A stretch of DNA of 38,081 nt from Chloroflexota bacterium (GCA_022570885.1 JACZYW010000003.1:1-38081); one strand, 5' to 3'; counted from the first letter of the stretch, positions 1-9,033 are shown. Made by a program: numbers and translations. Notes: a model not told the origin generated them from the sequence alone.

Positions 1-384
1 CTGGGCCTCGCGGCGCACACGTGACCGTCCGGCCTCGTCGAGCCCCTCCGTCTTGATCACGGCGATCGCCACGTCTCGGTCGAGCCGGCTATCGCGAGCC
101 AGGTAGACACGCTTTCGCCCGCCCTCGCCAAGGAAGCTCTTGACCTGATAGCGGCCTTCGCTGAAGGACGTACCAGGAGTTATCGCTGGTTGGACCGAAG
201 GAGCCAGAGTAGCCGAGGACGGCGTTGCGTCCTTCTCTAGTGAGGCGCCGCACTGGCCGCAGAACCGCTCGCCGGGCTCGGGCTGCGTGCCGCAAGCAGC
301 GCAGACGACGGCCAGGTCAGCACCGCACTGGCCGCAAAACTTGCGCCCCTCACGGTTCTCATGGTCGCAGGCTGGACAATGCAA
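1..384 (-). CDS. Ser/Thr protein kinase with N-terminal double zinc ribbon (5' part only; runs off the left edge)
   Basis: Not in the ORF track; translated by hand. TTG at 384 with GGAGG 9 nt upstream. Reads MHCPACDHENREGRKFCGQCGADLAVVCAACGTQPEPGERFCGQCGAS...FSEGRYQVKSFLGEGGRKRVYLARDSRLDRDVAIAVIKTEGLDEAGRSRVRREAQ: four CxxC pairs, then kinase subdomains I-III. Confidence 0.9.
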   Translation of the reverse strand, partial: MHCPACDHENREGRKFCGQCGADLAVVCAACGTQPEPGERFCGQCGASLEKDATPSSATLAPSVQPAITPGTSFSEGRYQVKSFLGEGGRKRVYLARDSRLDRDVAIAVIKTEGLDEAGRSRVRREAQ

Positions 385-540
385 CTAGTTCGACCTCCAA
401 AAGCGTCTGCGGGCATCAGTATACAGCCAGTCGGAAGTATGCGACACTCCAACGTGTCCGCTGGCTGAGCGACGTGCGCAAGATCGGCGCGGGGAGCTAC
501 TACCCTCCGCTTCGGATGCGACTCGTGGAGGCGGCTTACC

Positions 541-546
541 TATAAT
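541..546 (+). promoter_or_regulatory. putative -10 box (TATAAT) for the aldo/keto reductase
   Basis: Perfect TATAAT ~50 nt upstream of ATG 596, in the divergent intergenic region of GC-rich DNA. Confidence 0.45.
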
Positions 547-595
547 CGGGAGCCTTGCGACGCGTGACCTGCTGAGCATGTGAAGGAGGAATAAG

Positions 596-1453
596 ATGAT
601 CGCTCGATCGCAGTTCGGACGCACCGGACATGAGAGCACGCGGACGATCTTCGGCGCGGCAGCCCTCGGGCGAGCGACCGACGACGAGGCGGCGCCGGTT
701 CTCGAGCTCTTGCTCCAACATGGCATCAACCACATCGACACGGCGGCGATGTACGGTCGCTCGGAACGACGCGTCGGGACGTGGATGGACGGGCACCGCA
801 AGGACTTCTTTCTCGCCACAAAGACCAACGAACGAACCTACGAGAAGGCGCGCGCCCAGTTCCACCACTCGCTTGAGCGGATGCGCGTCGATAGCGTCGA
901 CCTGCTGCAGCTACACAACCTCGTCGAGCCAGACGAGTGGGAGGTCGCGATGGGGCCGGGCGGGGCACTAGAAGCAGCGGTCGAGGCGCGCGACCAAGGC
1001 CTGACCCGCTTCATCGGCGTGACCGGGCACGGCGTCACCGTAGCCCACATGCACCAGCGCAGCCTGGAGCGCTTCCCCTTCGATTCCGTGCTGTTGCCCT
1101 ACAACTTCAGCATGATGCAGAACCAGCGGTACGCCTCGGAATTCTCAGAGCTGGCCGCGCTCTGCCGGGAGCGTGGCGTTGCGATCCAAACGATCAAGGG
1201 ACTGACGCTGGCGCCGTGGAACGACAAGGAGCACACGCACAGCACCTGGTACGAGCCGTTTACGGACCAGGCCGATATCGACCGCGCCGTGCACTACGTG
1301 CTTGGCCTGCCCGGCGTCTTCCTGAACACCGCCGGCGATATCGAGCTGCTGCCGCGGATCCTCGACGCGGCGAGCCGATTCCAGCGCGCGCCGGCGGAGG
1401 AAGACATGCGAGGGATGGCGGCGAGCCGGGCCATGGCGCCGCTGTTCACGTGA
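596..1453 (+). CDS. aldo/keto reductase
   Basis: [12 protein letters not shown] (Asp/Tyr), LATK (Lys), [16 protein letters not shown] (His), RFIGVTGH; AAGGAGG RBS. Confidence 0.93.
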   Translation: MIARSQFGRTGHESTRTIFGAAALGRATDDEAAPVLELLLQHGINHIDTAAMYGRSERRVGTWMDGHRKDFFLATKTNERTYEKARAQFHHSLERMRVDSVDLLQLHNLVEPDEWEVAMGPGGALEAAVEARDQGLTRFIGVTGHGVTVAHMHQRSLERFPFDSVLLPYNFSMMQNQRYASEFSELAALCRERGVAIQTIKGLTLAPWNDKEHTHSTWYEPFTDQADIDRAVHYVLGLPGVFLNTAGDIELLPRILDAASRFQRAPAEEDMRGMAASRAMAPLFT

Positions 1454-1550
1454 CTCAGGTTACCTGCATGGAAGCGGGCGCTCGTTGCTAGCCGTCGGTG
1501 TCGGTGACCAGCAGCAAAACCGTGTACTTCCCTGGTAGCCTCGGCCTTTG

Positions 1551-1559
1551 TGATAGAAT
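1551..1559 (+). promoter_or_regulatory. putative extended -10 promoter (TGaTAGAAT) for the patatin/ABC pair
   Basis: TGnTAGAAT about 120 nt upstream of ATG 1677. Confidence 0.45.
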
Positions 1560-1676
1560 AGCGCCGTCCGAATCCGGCTGGTTCGGTCGGCGGGTGCTCG
1601 CCTTCAAAACGTGACCGCACGGGCCCGTCCGAACGATCTTCGGCCCGGATGCTCTGATGGGAGGAAAGAAGTCCCG

Positions 1677-3416
1677 ATGAAAGAGCAAACGAAGCAAGCT
1701 CAGGCAGGGTCGCTGCTGGACGTGCTCGGCTCAAGCGAATGGGACTCGTTGCGTCGCCATATGGCCCGCCATGCATACGAACCGGGTGATGTGCTCGTAC
1801 ACCAGGGAGCCGTGGAACCTGACTTTCAAGTCATCGTCGAGGGCGTGGCGTCGATATCGGCAACGAGCCCTCTTGGCCAGCACCTAGAGCTGGCACGACT
1901 CGGGCCCGGCGATTCCATCGGCGAGATGTCCTTGCTCACAGGCGAGCCGGCTTCGGCCCAGGTCACGGCCTGGACTCACCTAGAGGCATACGTGATTCCA
2001 GCTGCCAAACTGGTCACCCTAGACCCTGAGTGGCCACAACTTACGCAGGCGCTATCGGCTATCTTAGCCACCCGGCTCGGGAAGGCGAATGACAGGCTGC
2101 TGAGCATGCACACGGCCAAGGTCCAGGTTGTGTGTTGCTCGCCGTCCGATGTGTCCGCTCTGTCCCGGCTGCCTGGAGAGCTTGCTCAAGTGGCATCGGC
2201 ACGAGTGTTGGTGATGACGGTCGGGGACCATTTCGAAAGCACCGGCTTGTTGGACGCATTTGCAGGACGAAACGTCTCCGTGATCGCTATGGGTACGACT
2301 GACTCATCGGAACTGCGAAATCGGATTCACCTGCTTGAGCAGGAGTACGACCAGATCATTCTCTTCGGGGCTGAGGAAACCTTCCGAGAGCTGGAGGACG
2401 AGGTCCACTCCTTTCTGCGTGTTCAGCCAGAAGACCATCCTGACCAGCATGCAGGCGACGGATCGACCGTGGTCGTTACGGAGAAACCATGGACGCGAGC
2501 GGTGATCCAGCAGATCTCGTCAGCGTTGGACCAAACGGTAGTCGGCGTGCTACCGCCAGAGTCGCCGTCCCCCGGCCCTCGCGATCCAGTAGCGAAGCTG
2601 GCCCGCGTACTCGGCGGCCAGCAGGTTGGGATTGCCCTTGGCGCAGGTGGAGCGAAGGGGTTCGCTCATTTAGGCGTGCTACGGGCGCTGGAAGAGCTGG
2701 GCACTCCGATCGACGTGATCAGCGGCTGTAGCATCGGCGCTGCCATCGGTGCAGGATGGGCGGCGGGGCTGTCAGCCGACGAACTCGCGATAGCCGCGAA
2801 GCGGATCGGATCCCGCGCCATCCGGCCAACCATCCCGCTTCACTCGCTCCTCAGCAATAGGGGGATACGCGACGAACTCAAGCGCCTGGGTGCGGGCAAA
2901 CGGTTCGAGGACCTCGATATTCCCCTCGCACTGGTCGCTACGGACATCTACCGCCGCTGCGAAGTGACGTTCACCTCCGGAGTTGTGTGGCCAGCCATCC
3001 TGGCGAGCATGGCGATCCCGGGTATCTATCCGCCGATTCGAGCCAGGCGGAGCTATCTCGTAGACGGCGGAGTGCTGAGTCCAGTTCCGGCTCAGCAGGC
3101 ACGTGCCCTGGGGGCGGGTATTGTTATCGGCGTCAGACTGACGGGCAAGAGCACTTCGCCGACTGAAGAGCTCGACTTTACACCATCGCGACCGCTAGTA
3201 GCGGAGACGATGACCCGCAGCCTGGAGATCATGAACAATCGGATCTCCGAGTTCAGCAAGGACCAAGCAGACGTTACCATCGAGGTTTGCCTTGATGGCG
3301 GTGGGATAGGCGATTTCAACCGCGGCGACGAATACATGGAGGCCGGATACAAAGCGACTATGGAGGCTGCGGAGATGATTAGAGCGGTGCTGCCGTATCT
3401 GAAAGGCGTCGCGTGA
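1677..3416 (+). CDS. cyclic-nucleotide-binding domain + patatin-like phospholipase (NTE/RssA-like)
   Basis: N-terminal cNMP fold (YEPGDVLVHQG...LGPGDSIGEMSLLTGEP); patatin motifs GAGGAKG, GCSIG, DGG. Start moved to ATG 1677, behind GGAGG. Confidence 0.9.
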   Translation: MKEQTKQAQAGSLLDVLGSSEWDSLRRHMARHAYEPGDVLVHQGAVEPDFQVIVEGVASISATSPLGQHLELARLGPGDSIGEMSLLTGEPASAQVTAWTHLEAYVIPAAKLVTLDPEWPQLTQALSAILATRLGKANDRLLSMHTAKVQVVCCSPSDVSALSRLPGELAQVASARVLVMTVGDHFESTGLLDAFAGRNVSVIAMGTTDSSELRNRIHLLEQEYDQIILFGAEETFRELEDEVHSFLRVQPEDHPDQHAGDGSTVVVTEKPWTRAVIQQISSALDQTVVGVLPPESPSPGPRDPVAKLARVLGGQQVGIALGAGGAKGFAHLGVLRALEELGTPIDVISGCSIGAAIGAGWAAGLSADELAIAAKRIGSRAIRPTIPLHSLLSNRGIRDELKRLGAGKRFEDLDIPLALVATDIYRRCEVTFTSGVVWPAILASMAIPGIYPPIRARRSYLVDGGVLSPVPAQQARALGAGIVIGVRLTGKSTSPTEELDFTPSRPLVAETMTRSLEIMNNRISEFSKDQADVTIEVCLDGGGIGDFNRGDEYMEAGYKATMEAAEMIRAVLPYLKGVA

Positions 3417-5854
3417 CCACTGCCGAAGAAGTCCCTGTTCAGTTGCTGAAGCACGTCCCGATCTTTTCGGCCTGCTCCGAGGAAGCGCTGGCGCTGCTTG
3501 CAGCCGTCCTGCAACCACAACAGGTGCAAGCCGGCGAGATCATCTTCAGCGAAGGTGACCCGGGTGACGAACTGTACATCATCGCCTCCGGCCACGCTCG
3601 GGTCGTCTCCGACGTGCACACTGAGAAGATAGTATTCGCACATCTTGGGCCCGGCGAGTTCTTCGGCGAGATGGCCCTCATTACCGGAGAACAGCGTTCC
3701 GCCGGGGTCATCGCGGCGACCGATGCTAAGCTCTGGCGCCTGCGTAAGGCGGACTTCCAGGCCATCCTGCAACAGCATCCGGAGATCGGCATCGAAATGA
3801 CCCGCATCCAAGGCGAGCGCGTCCGGCGGGGAAACGTTCAACGCTTTGAGAACGAAGCCTTCACGTTTCTCACCCTGACGCCAGAGCGGCCGGAAATCAC
3901 CATCGGCCGGTTGCCGGAGAACGATCTCGTGATCAACGATCCCCAGGTCGCTGGCGTACATGCGCGGGTCAGGAATACTGACGGGCGCTGGGTGATCTAT
4001 GACGAGGGCTCCGAGATAGGGACGTACGTGAACCGCCGTCGCGTCAAAGTCGCAGAGCTACAGGACGGCGACGAGATTCTCATCGCCGCTAACAAGATTT
4101 TCCTCGATGGCGTCCAGGTAAAGGGCTTTCGTGGCAGAGAAGGGATCCGCATCGACGCGCTGAATCTCTCCAAGGAGTTGAAAGACGGCCGCTGCATCCT
4201 GAACGATATCTCGCTAAGCATCGCACCCGGAGAGTTCGTGGCAGTCGTCGGCGGGAGCGGCGCCGGGAAGACGTCGCTCCTCCACGCGCTCAACGGCTTT
4301 TCGCCTGGCACGAGTGGCGCCGTCCGCTACAACGGAACAGACCTCTACGAGAACCAGGGCCTCTTTCGAACCGTGCTCGGCTATGTGCCCCAGGACGACA
4401 TCGTCCACGGCGAGCTGACGGTGGAACGCACGCTCTACTATACGGCCAAGCTGCGGCTGCCCAAGGACACAGGCACCGCTGAACTCGATGAGCGCATAGG
4501 AGAGGTGCTCGAAGCAGTCGGGCTCGCGCAACACCGCAAGACCGAAGTGCGCCGCCTCAGCGGAGGCCAGCGCAAGCGCACGAGCGTGGCGATCGAGCTA
4601 CTGGCGCGGCCGCGCGCACTCTACCTCGACGAGCCCACCTCTGGACTCGATCCGTCGCTGGAAGGTCGGATGATGACGCTGTTTCGAGACCTTTCCGACA
4701 GCGGCACCACGGTTGTGATGTCGACCCACGTGACCCAGAACCTGCGCATGTGCGACAGGCTCGCCTGGATGGCGCCGGGTGGGCATCTCGTCTTCTTCGG
4801 CTCACCGCCGGAAGCGCTGCGCCATTTCGGTGTTCAGGATTTCGGTGAGATCTACGGATTGCTCGAAACCCCCGAGGAGAGGGAGCGCTGGTCGGCCGCC
4901 TTCCTTGATTCGGTCGCCTACCGCGTAAACGTGAAAGAGCGCTTGGCGCCAGAGTCCGCAACAGCCGTCGAGACTGAGGACTCAGAGGAGGGAGTCGAGA
5001 GCCATCGGGAGGTGGAACCGGGCAGGAAGCAGAGCCCGCTACGCCAATGGTTCTGGCTCACGGCGCGTTATGCCGAGACGCTCGTTAGGGATGCTCCCAA
5101 CATGGCGCTCCTCGTAGTCCAAGCGCCGGTCATCGCTCTCGCTGTGCTGCTCTTATTCAACAGCGACATCTTCGGCGCTACGACGGAGGAGGGAGGCGAC
5201 GCGTTCCGTGCGCTTATGTCCCTGCACATCCTCACCACAGCGGCGATCTTCCTGGGCTCCTCGAACGCAGCACGCGAGATCACAAAGGAGTCGGCCATCT
5301 ATAGCCGCGAACGGCTGGTCAATCTGGCGGTCGTCCCGTACGTTATGTCCAAAGTGGTCGTGCTCTCGCTCCTCTGCCTATTCCAGGCGGCGGCGCTCGT
5401 CGGCATCTTCGCTCTTGCCGTGGATCTACCCGGGTCTGACCTGGAGCTCTATCCGAAGCTGTTCTCGGCCGTCCTGCTCACGCAGCTGGCCGGACTGAGC
5501 ATGGGGTTGTTAGTCTCCGCCCTTTCGGCGAACTCCGACCGGGCGATGGCTATCGTGCCGGTCCTGCTCATCCCACAGCTCATCTTCGCCGGCGCCCTCG
5601 TCCCACTCGACCACATGTTGGCGCCAGCGAAGGTCATCTCTCAGTTCATGATCAGCAAATGGGCGCTTCAGCTCGCAGGAAGCCTGACCGATCTCAGCGA
5701 ACGGTTCGTGGCCCAGTTCCCGAGCGTCTTCGCTGAGCCATATCGAAACGAACTGGAACCCACCGTTTGGCTACCTTGGGTCGTCTTGGCCGCCTTCACC
5801 GCCGTCATGCTTCTGGCCACCATCCTCGTGCAACTCCGCAAGGACGTTCACTAG
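3413..5854 (+). CDS. cNMP-binding + FHA + ABC ATPase + ABC-2 permease fusion (Rv1747/ABCG-like exporter)
   Basis: cNMP (IFSEGDPGD...GEFFGEMALITGEQRSA); FHA (ITIGR...HARV...GTYVN); Walker A GGSGAGKT, LSGGQ, LYLDEPT; hydrophobic C-terminal permease with EITKE..IY.RER; GTGA overlap with the upstream stop. Confidence 0.92.
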   Translation: MTTAEEVPVQLLKHVPIFSACSEEALALLAAVLQPQQVQAGEIIFSEGDPGDELYIIASGHARVVSDVHTEKIVFAHLGPGEFFGEMALITGEQRSAGVIAATDAKLWRLRKADFQAILQQHPEIGIEMTRIQGERVRRGNVQRFENEAFTFLTLTPERPEITIGRLPENDLVINDPQVAGVHARVRNTDGRWVIYDEGSEIGTYVNRRRVKVAELQDGDEILIAANKIFLDGVQVKGFRGREGIRIDALNLSKELKDGRCILNDISLSIAPGEFVAVVGGSGAGKTSLLHALNGFSPGTSGAVRYNGTDLYENQGLFRTVLGYVPQDDIVHGELTVERTLYYTAKLRLPKDTGTAELDERIGEVLEAVGLAQHRKTEVRRLSGGQRKRTSVAIELLARPRALYLDEPTSGLDPSLEGRMMTLFRDLSDSGTTVVMSTHVTQNLRMCDRLAWMAPGGHLVFFGSPPEALRHFGVQDFGEIYGLLETPEERERWSAAFLDSVAYRVNVKERLAPESATAVETEDSEEGVESHREVEPGRKQSPLRQWFWLTARYAETLVRDAPNMALLVVQAPVIALAVLLLFNSDIFGATTEEGGDAFRALMSLHILTTAAIFLGSSNAAREITKESAIYSRERLVNLAVVPYVMSKVVVLSLLCLFQAAALVGIFALAVDLPGSDLELYPKLFSAVLLTQLAGLSMGLLVSALSANSDRAMAIVPVLLIPQLIFAGALVPLDHMLAPAKVISQFMISKWALQLAGSLTDLSERFVAQFPSVFAEPYRNELEPTVWLPWVVLAAFTAVMLLATILVQLRKDVH

Positions 5855-6017
5855 GCGAGCTGTTCGCCCAATCACTCGGCTGCCAGATTCGAGCTGCCAA
5901 CATCCCGCGCGAGGTGCCCACCGCGTAACGGCGTTCCCTGAGCTCGTTGAACACGCCGTAGGGGGTTGGAAACGCTCTGCTCAGTATGCAGATGGTCGCT
6001 GTTTTGGCGATGACAAA

Positions 6018-6037
6018 GGCCGCCGGAGACGGCGGCC
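6018..6037 (-). terminator. hairpin, probable intrinsic terminator downstream of the tRNA-Gly 3' fragment
   Basis: GGCCGCCG-gaga-CGGCGGCC, a perfect 8-bp stem followed by TTT on the minus strand. Confidence 0.6.
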
Positions 6038-6057
6038 CTATGCATATTGTGCAGGAT

Positions 6058-6102
6058 TGGAGCGGAAGAGGAGATTCGAACTCCCGACCCCCTCCTTGGC
6101 AA
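6058..6102 (-). repeat. tRNA-Gly(GCC) 3' fragment; att-like direct repeat, copy 1
   Basis: Minus strand TTGCCAA GGAGG GGGTC GGGAG TTCGAAT CTCCT CTTCCGC T CCA, i.e. anticodon loop to CCA. No matching 5' half. 6056-6081 is identical to 30623-30648. Confidence 0.85.
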
Positions 6103-6116
6103 ATGGGGCCCGGCTC

Positions 6117-6167
6117 TGCAAGCTGCTACCGACGCTACCACTCCTATTCGGTCGATGCAAGCTGCTA
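6117..6167 (+). repeat. 12-bp direct repeat TGCAAGCTGCTA (6117-6128, 6156-6167); possible integrase arm sites
   Basis: Exact repeat seen next to the att core; function is inferred. Confidence 0.5.
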
Positions 6168-6320
6168 ACAATTAGGGGGTCGCGGAGCGTGTAAGTTAGG
6201 TGGTCTGGCCTAACAGTGGCCTTCAGATCGCTCTACAAGATGGCTGGGAACGGGGCCAAGTCGCCCATCCTCCATTGGCCAACGTCCATGGCTAGCTCAA
6301 AGGCCTAACCTAACCGACCC

Positions 6321-6370
6321 TCTGCTTCCCCAGCAGAGGGTCGACGGTTTGAGTCCGTTCTCCCGCTCCA
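6321..6370 (+). pseudogene. degenerate tRNA-Gly(CCC) 3' fragment (second att-like scar)
   Basis: TCTGC-TTCCCCA-GCAGA anticodon arm, GGGTC, GACGG-TTTGAGT-CCGTT T arm (TTC mutated to TTT), CTCCCGC-T-CCA. No 5' acceptor strand or D arm upstream. Confidence 0.75.
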
Positions 6371-6513
6371 CGATCACAATATTGCCCTCTAGTCACTAGT
6401 CTTTAACCCCTTCGTCTCGGAGGCCTCGGGCCTCGTTGACTGCTGGACGCTGACACGGCCGGCGAAGGAGGGTCATCATAGCTCGGAGGTCGAGACGGAG
6501 AGGGTGGCATGAC

Positions 6514-6700
6514 GTGGACAAGTCCGACATCCGGGTGAGTGAACTGGTGAGTCATTCCTGGTGAACCAGGATGACCGTAACCATTCGCCCAAGAACGTGC
6601 GCTGGTACAGCGACATGCTGAGCCGCTGGGCCGCTTCGCCGCGTCCCTGTCAGCAGAGGCACGGCTGCGCGACATCGACGCCGCTGCAATCCGCGCGGCG
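6514..6700 (+). pseudogene. tyrosine recombinase/integrase N-terminal remnant (frameshifted)
   Basis: Joining three frames gives (M)DKSDIRVSELV / ESFLVNQDDRNHSPKNVRWYSDMLSRWAA / ARLRDIDAAAIRA. This resembles the integrase SAM-like S-P-x-T-(I/V)-x-x-Y signature and lies just 3' of a tRNA fragment. Confidence 0.6.
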
Positions 6701-6855
6701 CTCCGATTCCTGCACCTCGTACCACACCGGCTGCAAGAAAAGATGCTGATGTTCTCACCGCCCGCCGGTATCGTCGACCAGCACCGCCGTATGGTTCCCG
6801 CATGGCTACGGCAGGTGAAAAGCCCTAGACGGCAGGCCATTCGGCCCCCAATGAC

Positions 6856-6873
6856 GGGCCGTTCGGCCCTTTT
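6856..6873 (+). terminator. short intrinsic-terminator-like hairpin upstream of the operon
   Basis: GGGCC-gttc-GGCCC followed by TTTT. Confidence 0.45.
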
Positions 6874-6876
6874 AGC

Positions 6877-6902
6877 CTTAACTTAGCAATTACTAGATTA
6901 AG
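6877..6902. promoter_or_regulatory. AT-rich imperfect palindrome; candidate operator/promoter of the operon
   Basis: CTTAACTTAG-CAATTA-CTAGATTAAG (arms match 8/10), ending 17 nt before the first ATG. Confidence 0.5.
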
Positions 6903-6919
6903 CATCATGGATATCGGTG

Positions 6920-8506
6920 ATGGCTGACGCGACGTTTGACGCTGTCATTATCGGTGCCGGGCACAACGGGATGGCGCTGGGCACCTACTTGGCGAGATGC
7001 GGCTGGGACGTGGCGATCTTTGAGAAGCGCGCCGAAGAGGGCGGGGGCCTCTGCACGGAGGAGCTCACCCGGCCCGGTTTTCTCCACAACGTTCACTGCA
7101 ACTATCACACGCTGGTTGGCGTCTGTCCTGTGTACGACGACCTAGGGCTCTACGACCATGGCCTGGAATACGTTCAGCCACCGGTGCAGATGGGCAGCGT
7201 GTTCCGCGATGGCACCGCTCTCACGGTGCATACGGATATCGACAAGACCTGTGCCTCCTTCGCCCGCTTCTCGGAAAAGGATGCGGAGACGTTCCGGCGG
7301 CTCCATGATGAGGTGAAGGGGTACCTTGACCTCATCTTAAGTACCTTGATGTACTCCCCGCCTATCCCGCTCGTCGATATTACGAAGGCGATGGTCGTTT
7401 GGCAGGTGGCAGACAAGTCGGAGTTCCTCAGTGTTCATCTGCGTAACAAGACGATTAGCGAGTTCTTGGACGAGCACTTCGAGAACGACAAAATCAAGGC
7501 GCAGCTCGCGTTCCAGGCGGCTATCTCCGGCTACGCCACGGACCGCAGAGGGCTGGCCGTCTCCTTCCCGCTGCTGGTGGGCAAGATGGACAACTGGCAC
7601 GTCTGCGTCGGCGGCTCCCACCAGCTAGCCCATTCATTGTGGGAGGCTTTTAGCCACGCTGGCGGAAGCATCTTCCTAAACACGCCGGTCGCCGGCATAT
7701 TGACCGAGAACGGGCGCAGCACCGGCGTCCGTCTCTACGACGGGAGCGAAGTGCGAGCGCGGCACGTCGTTGCCAGCACGATCGACCTCGAGCAGACCTT
7801 CCTGAAAATGCTTCCTCGCGAAAAGCTCGATCCGAAGCTGATCAGTCAGATCGAAAACTCCTCCCACATGGATTGGTCCTACTATAGCGTCCACCTCGCC
7901 ATGCGGGAGCCACCGCAGTATGCGGCGGCCGAGTTCGATCCGGATGTGCAGAACGCGTGGGTGCTGAACGTGGGATACGAGTCGCTAGAGGAGCTGAATG
8001 CAGACTGGCGGGCGGTGCGAGCTGGTAAGCTTCCCGATCCTCGGCCGAACTGCGCCGTCAACACACTCTTCGACCCCTCGGATGCGCCGGATGGCTTTTA
8101 CACCGGCCTCATGCGCCAGTTCGCTCCTATCGATATCGGCCGGGGCGGCATCGAGGCCTGGGATGAGATGGCCAATTCGTACGGCGAGCGTTGCATCGAT
8201 GCTTGGGCGGACTACGCACCTAACATTCGAGATGCCGTGATCGAATGGGTACCCTATACTCCTCTCGATATCTCGCGACGCATGGTGAACATGGTGCGTG
8301 GCGATTGGATGGGTGGCCTCGTCGATCTGGACAATCTGCTAACGGAGCGTCCCTGCCCAGAGCTCTCTCAGTACCGCACGCCGTTCAAAGGTCTCTACCT
8401 GTGCGGCGCCACCCAGCATCCGCACGGATTTATCACCTTTGCGCCGGGCTACAACGCCTTGCAAGTGATCGCGGAAGACTACGGGTTGGACCGATGGTGG
8501 CAGTAG
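6920..8506 (+). CDS. FAD-dependent oxidoreductase, phytoene dehydrogenase-related (COG1233), paralog 1
   Basis: IIGAGHNG dinucleotide motif, EKR..EGG, GGSHQLAHSL, YRTPFKGLYLCGATQHPHG; alternative start GTG 6917. Confidence 0.88.
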   Translation: MADATFDAVIIGAGHNGMALGTYLARCGWDVAIFEKRAEEGGGLCTEELTRPGFLHNVHCNYHTLVGVCPVYDDLGLYDHGLEYVQPPVQMGSVFRDGTALTVHTDIDKTCASFARFSEKDAETFRRLHDEVKGYLDLILSTLMYSPPIPLVDITKAMVVWQVADKSEFLSVHLRNKTISEFLDEHFENDKIKAQLAFQAAISGYATDRRGLAVSFPLLVGKMDNWHVCVGGSHQLAHSLWEAFSHAGGSIFLNTPVAGILTENGRSTGVRLYDGSEVRARHVVASTIDLEQTFLKMLPREKLDPKLISQIENSSHMDWSYYSVHLAMREPPQYAAAEFDPDVQNAWVLNVGYESLEELNADWRAVRAGKLPDPRPNCAVNTLFDPSDAPDGFYTGLMRQFAPIDIGRGGIEAWDEMANSYGERCIDAWADYAPNIRDAVIEWVPYTPLDISRRMVNMVRGDWMGGLVDLDNLLTERPCPELSQYRTPFKGLYLCGATQHPHGFITFAPGYNALQVIAEDYGLDRWWQ

Positions 8507-9033
8507 TGAGCGCCGCTTCAGCGAACGAGGTCTTGCCCGTCACCCTCGCCGCGGGGGACGAGGCCAGCGGCCTGGCCCGCATCATCTGCCAGTACCTGGA
8601 ACAGCTCTTCGCCGATTCGCAGGAGAAACGAGACGAGGCCGCGAGGCTACGCGGCCATCTCGGTCTGCGTGCTCGCGAGGGCGATGTTGCCATCACCGTT
8701 GCTTTTACCGAGGACGGCGTCGCCGTAGAGGAGGGGCTGCGCGAACCGGATGCTGTCGTGAACGGAGAAGTTGAGTTCCTGATGCACGTGCTGGCCGGAC
8801 GGGCGAATCCCGCCTGGGAAGTCCTTAGAGGTACCGTGGCGTTCCAGCCACGGCCCCTCCGTCCGCTGTTTGGCTATCAGGCCTACCGCGTGATGCGTCT
8901 GCCGCACGTGCATCTATGGAGCGGGCTGCCACGCCCACCGGTTGGTCTCCTGGTGGGCACTGCAGTCTTGGTGAGTGCCGTAGTGCTGGCGCGGCGGCGG
9001 CGAGTGCGAGCTTCGGGTGGTGACGATGGCTGA
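8506..9033 (+). CDS. SCP2-like lipid-binding domain protein with C-terminal membrane anchor
   Basis: ITVAF...VAVEEGLREPDAVVNG...LAGRANPAWEVLRGTV resembles SCP2; C-terminal hydrophobic helix followed by RRRR. The real start is probably GTG 8506 (or ATG 8494), not 8245. Confidence 0.6.
   Translation: MSAASANEVLPVTLAAGDEASGLARIICQYLEQLFADSQEKRDEAARLRGHLGLRAREGDVAITVAFTEDGVAVEEGLREPDAVVNGEVEFLMHVLAGRANPAWEVLRGTVAFQPRPLRPLFGYQAYRVMRLPHVHLWSGLPRPPVGLLVGTAVLVSAVVLARRRRVRASGGDDG

Noticed and set aside
1677-3416. CBASS-type patatin defence effector
   Set aside because: No CD-NTase nearby, and the architecture is NTE/RssA-like
6058-6135. Intact tRNA-Gly(GCC) gene
   Set aside because: The 5' anticodon stem does not pair and there is no D arm or 5' acceptor strand; only the 3' half is present. 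The same applies at 6321 and 30625.
5872-6171. ORFs 5872-6171, 5986-6168 and those at 30514-30937
   Set aside because: They are translations across att/tRNA scars (both copies give WSGRGDSN) or overlap the Ddn gene
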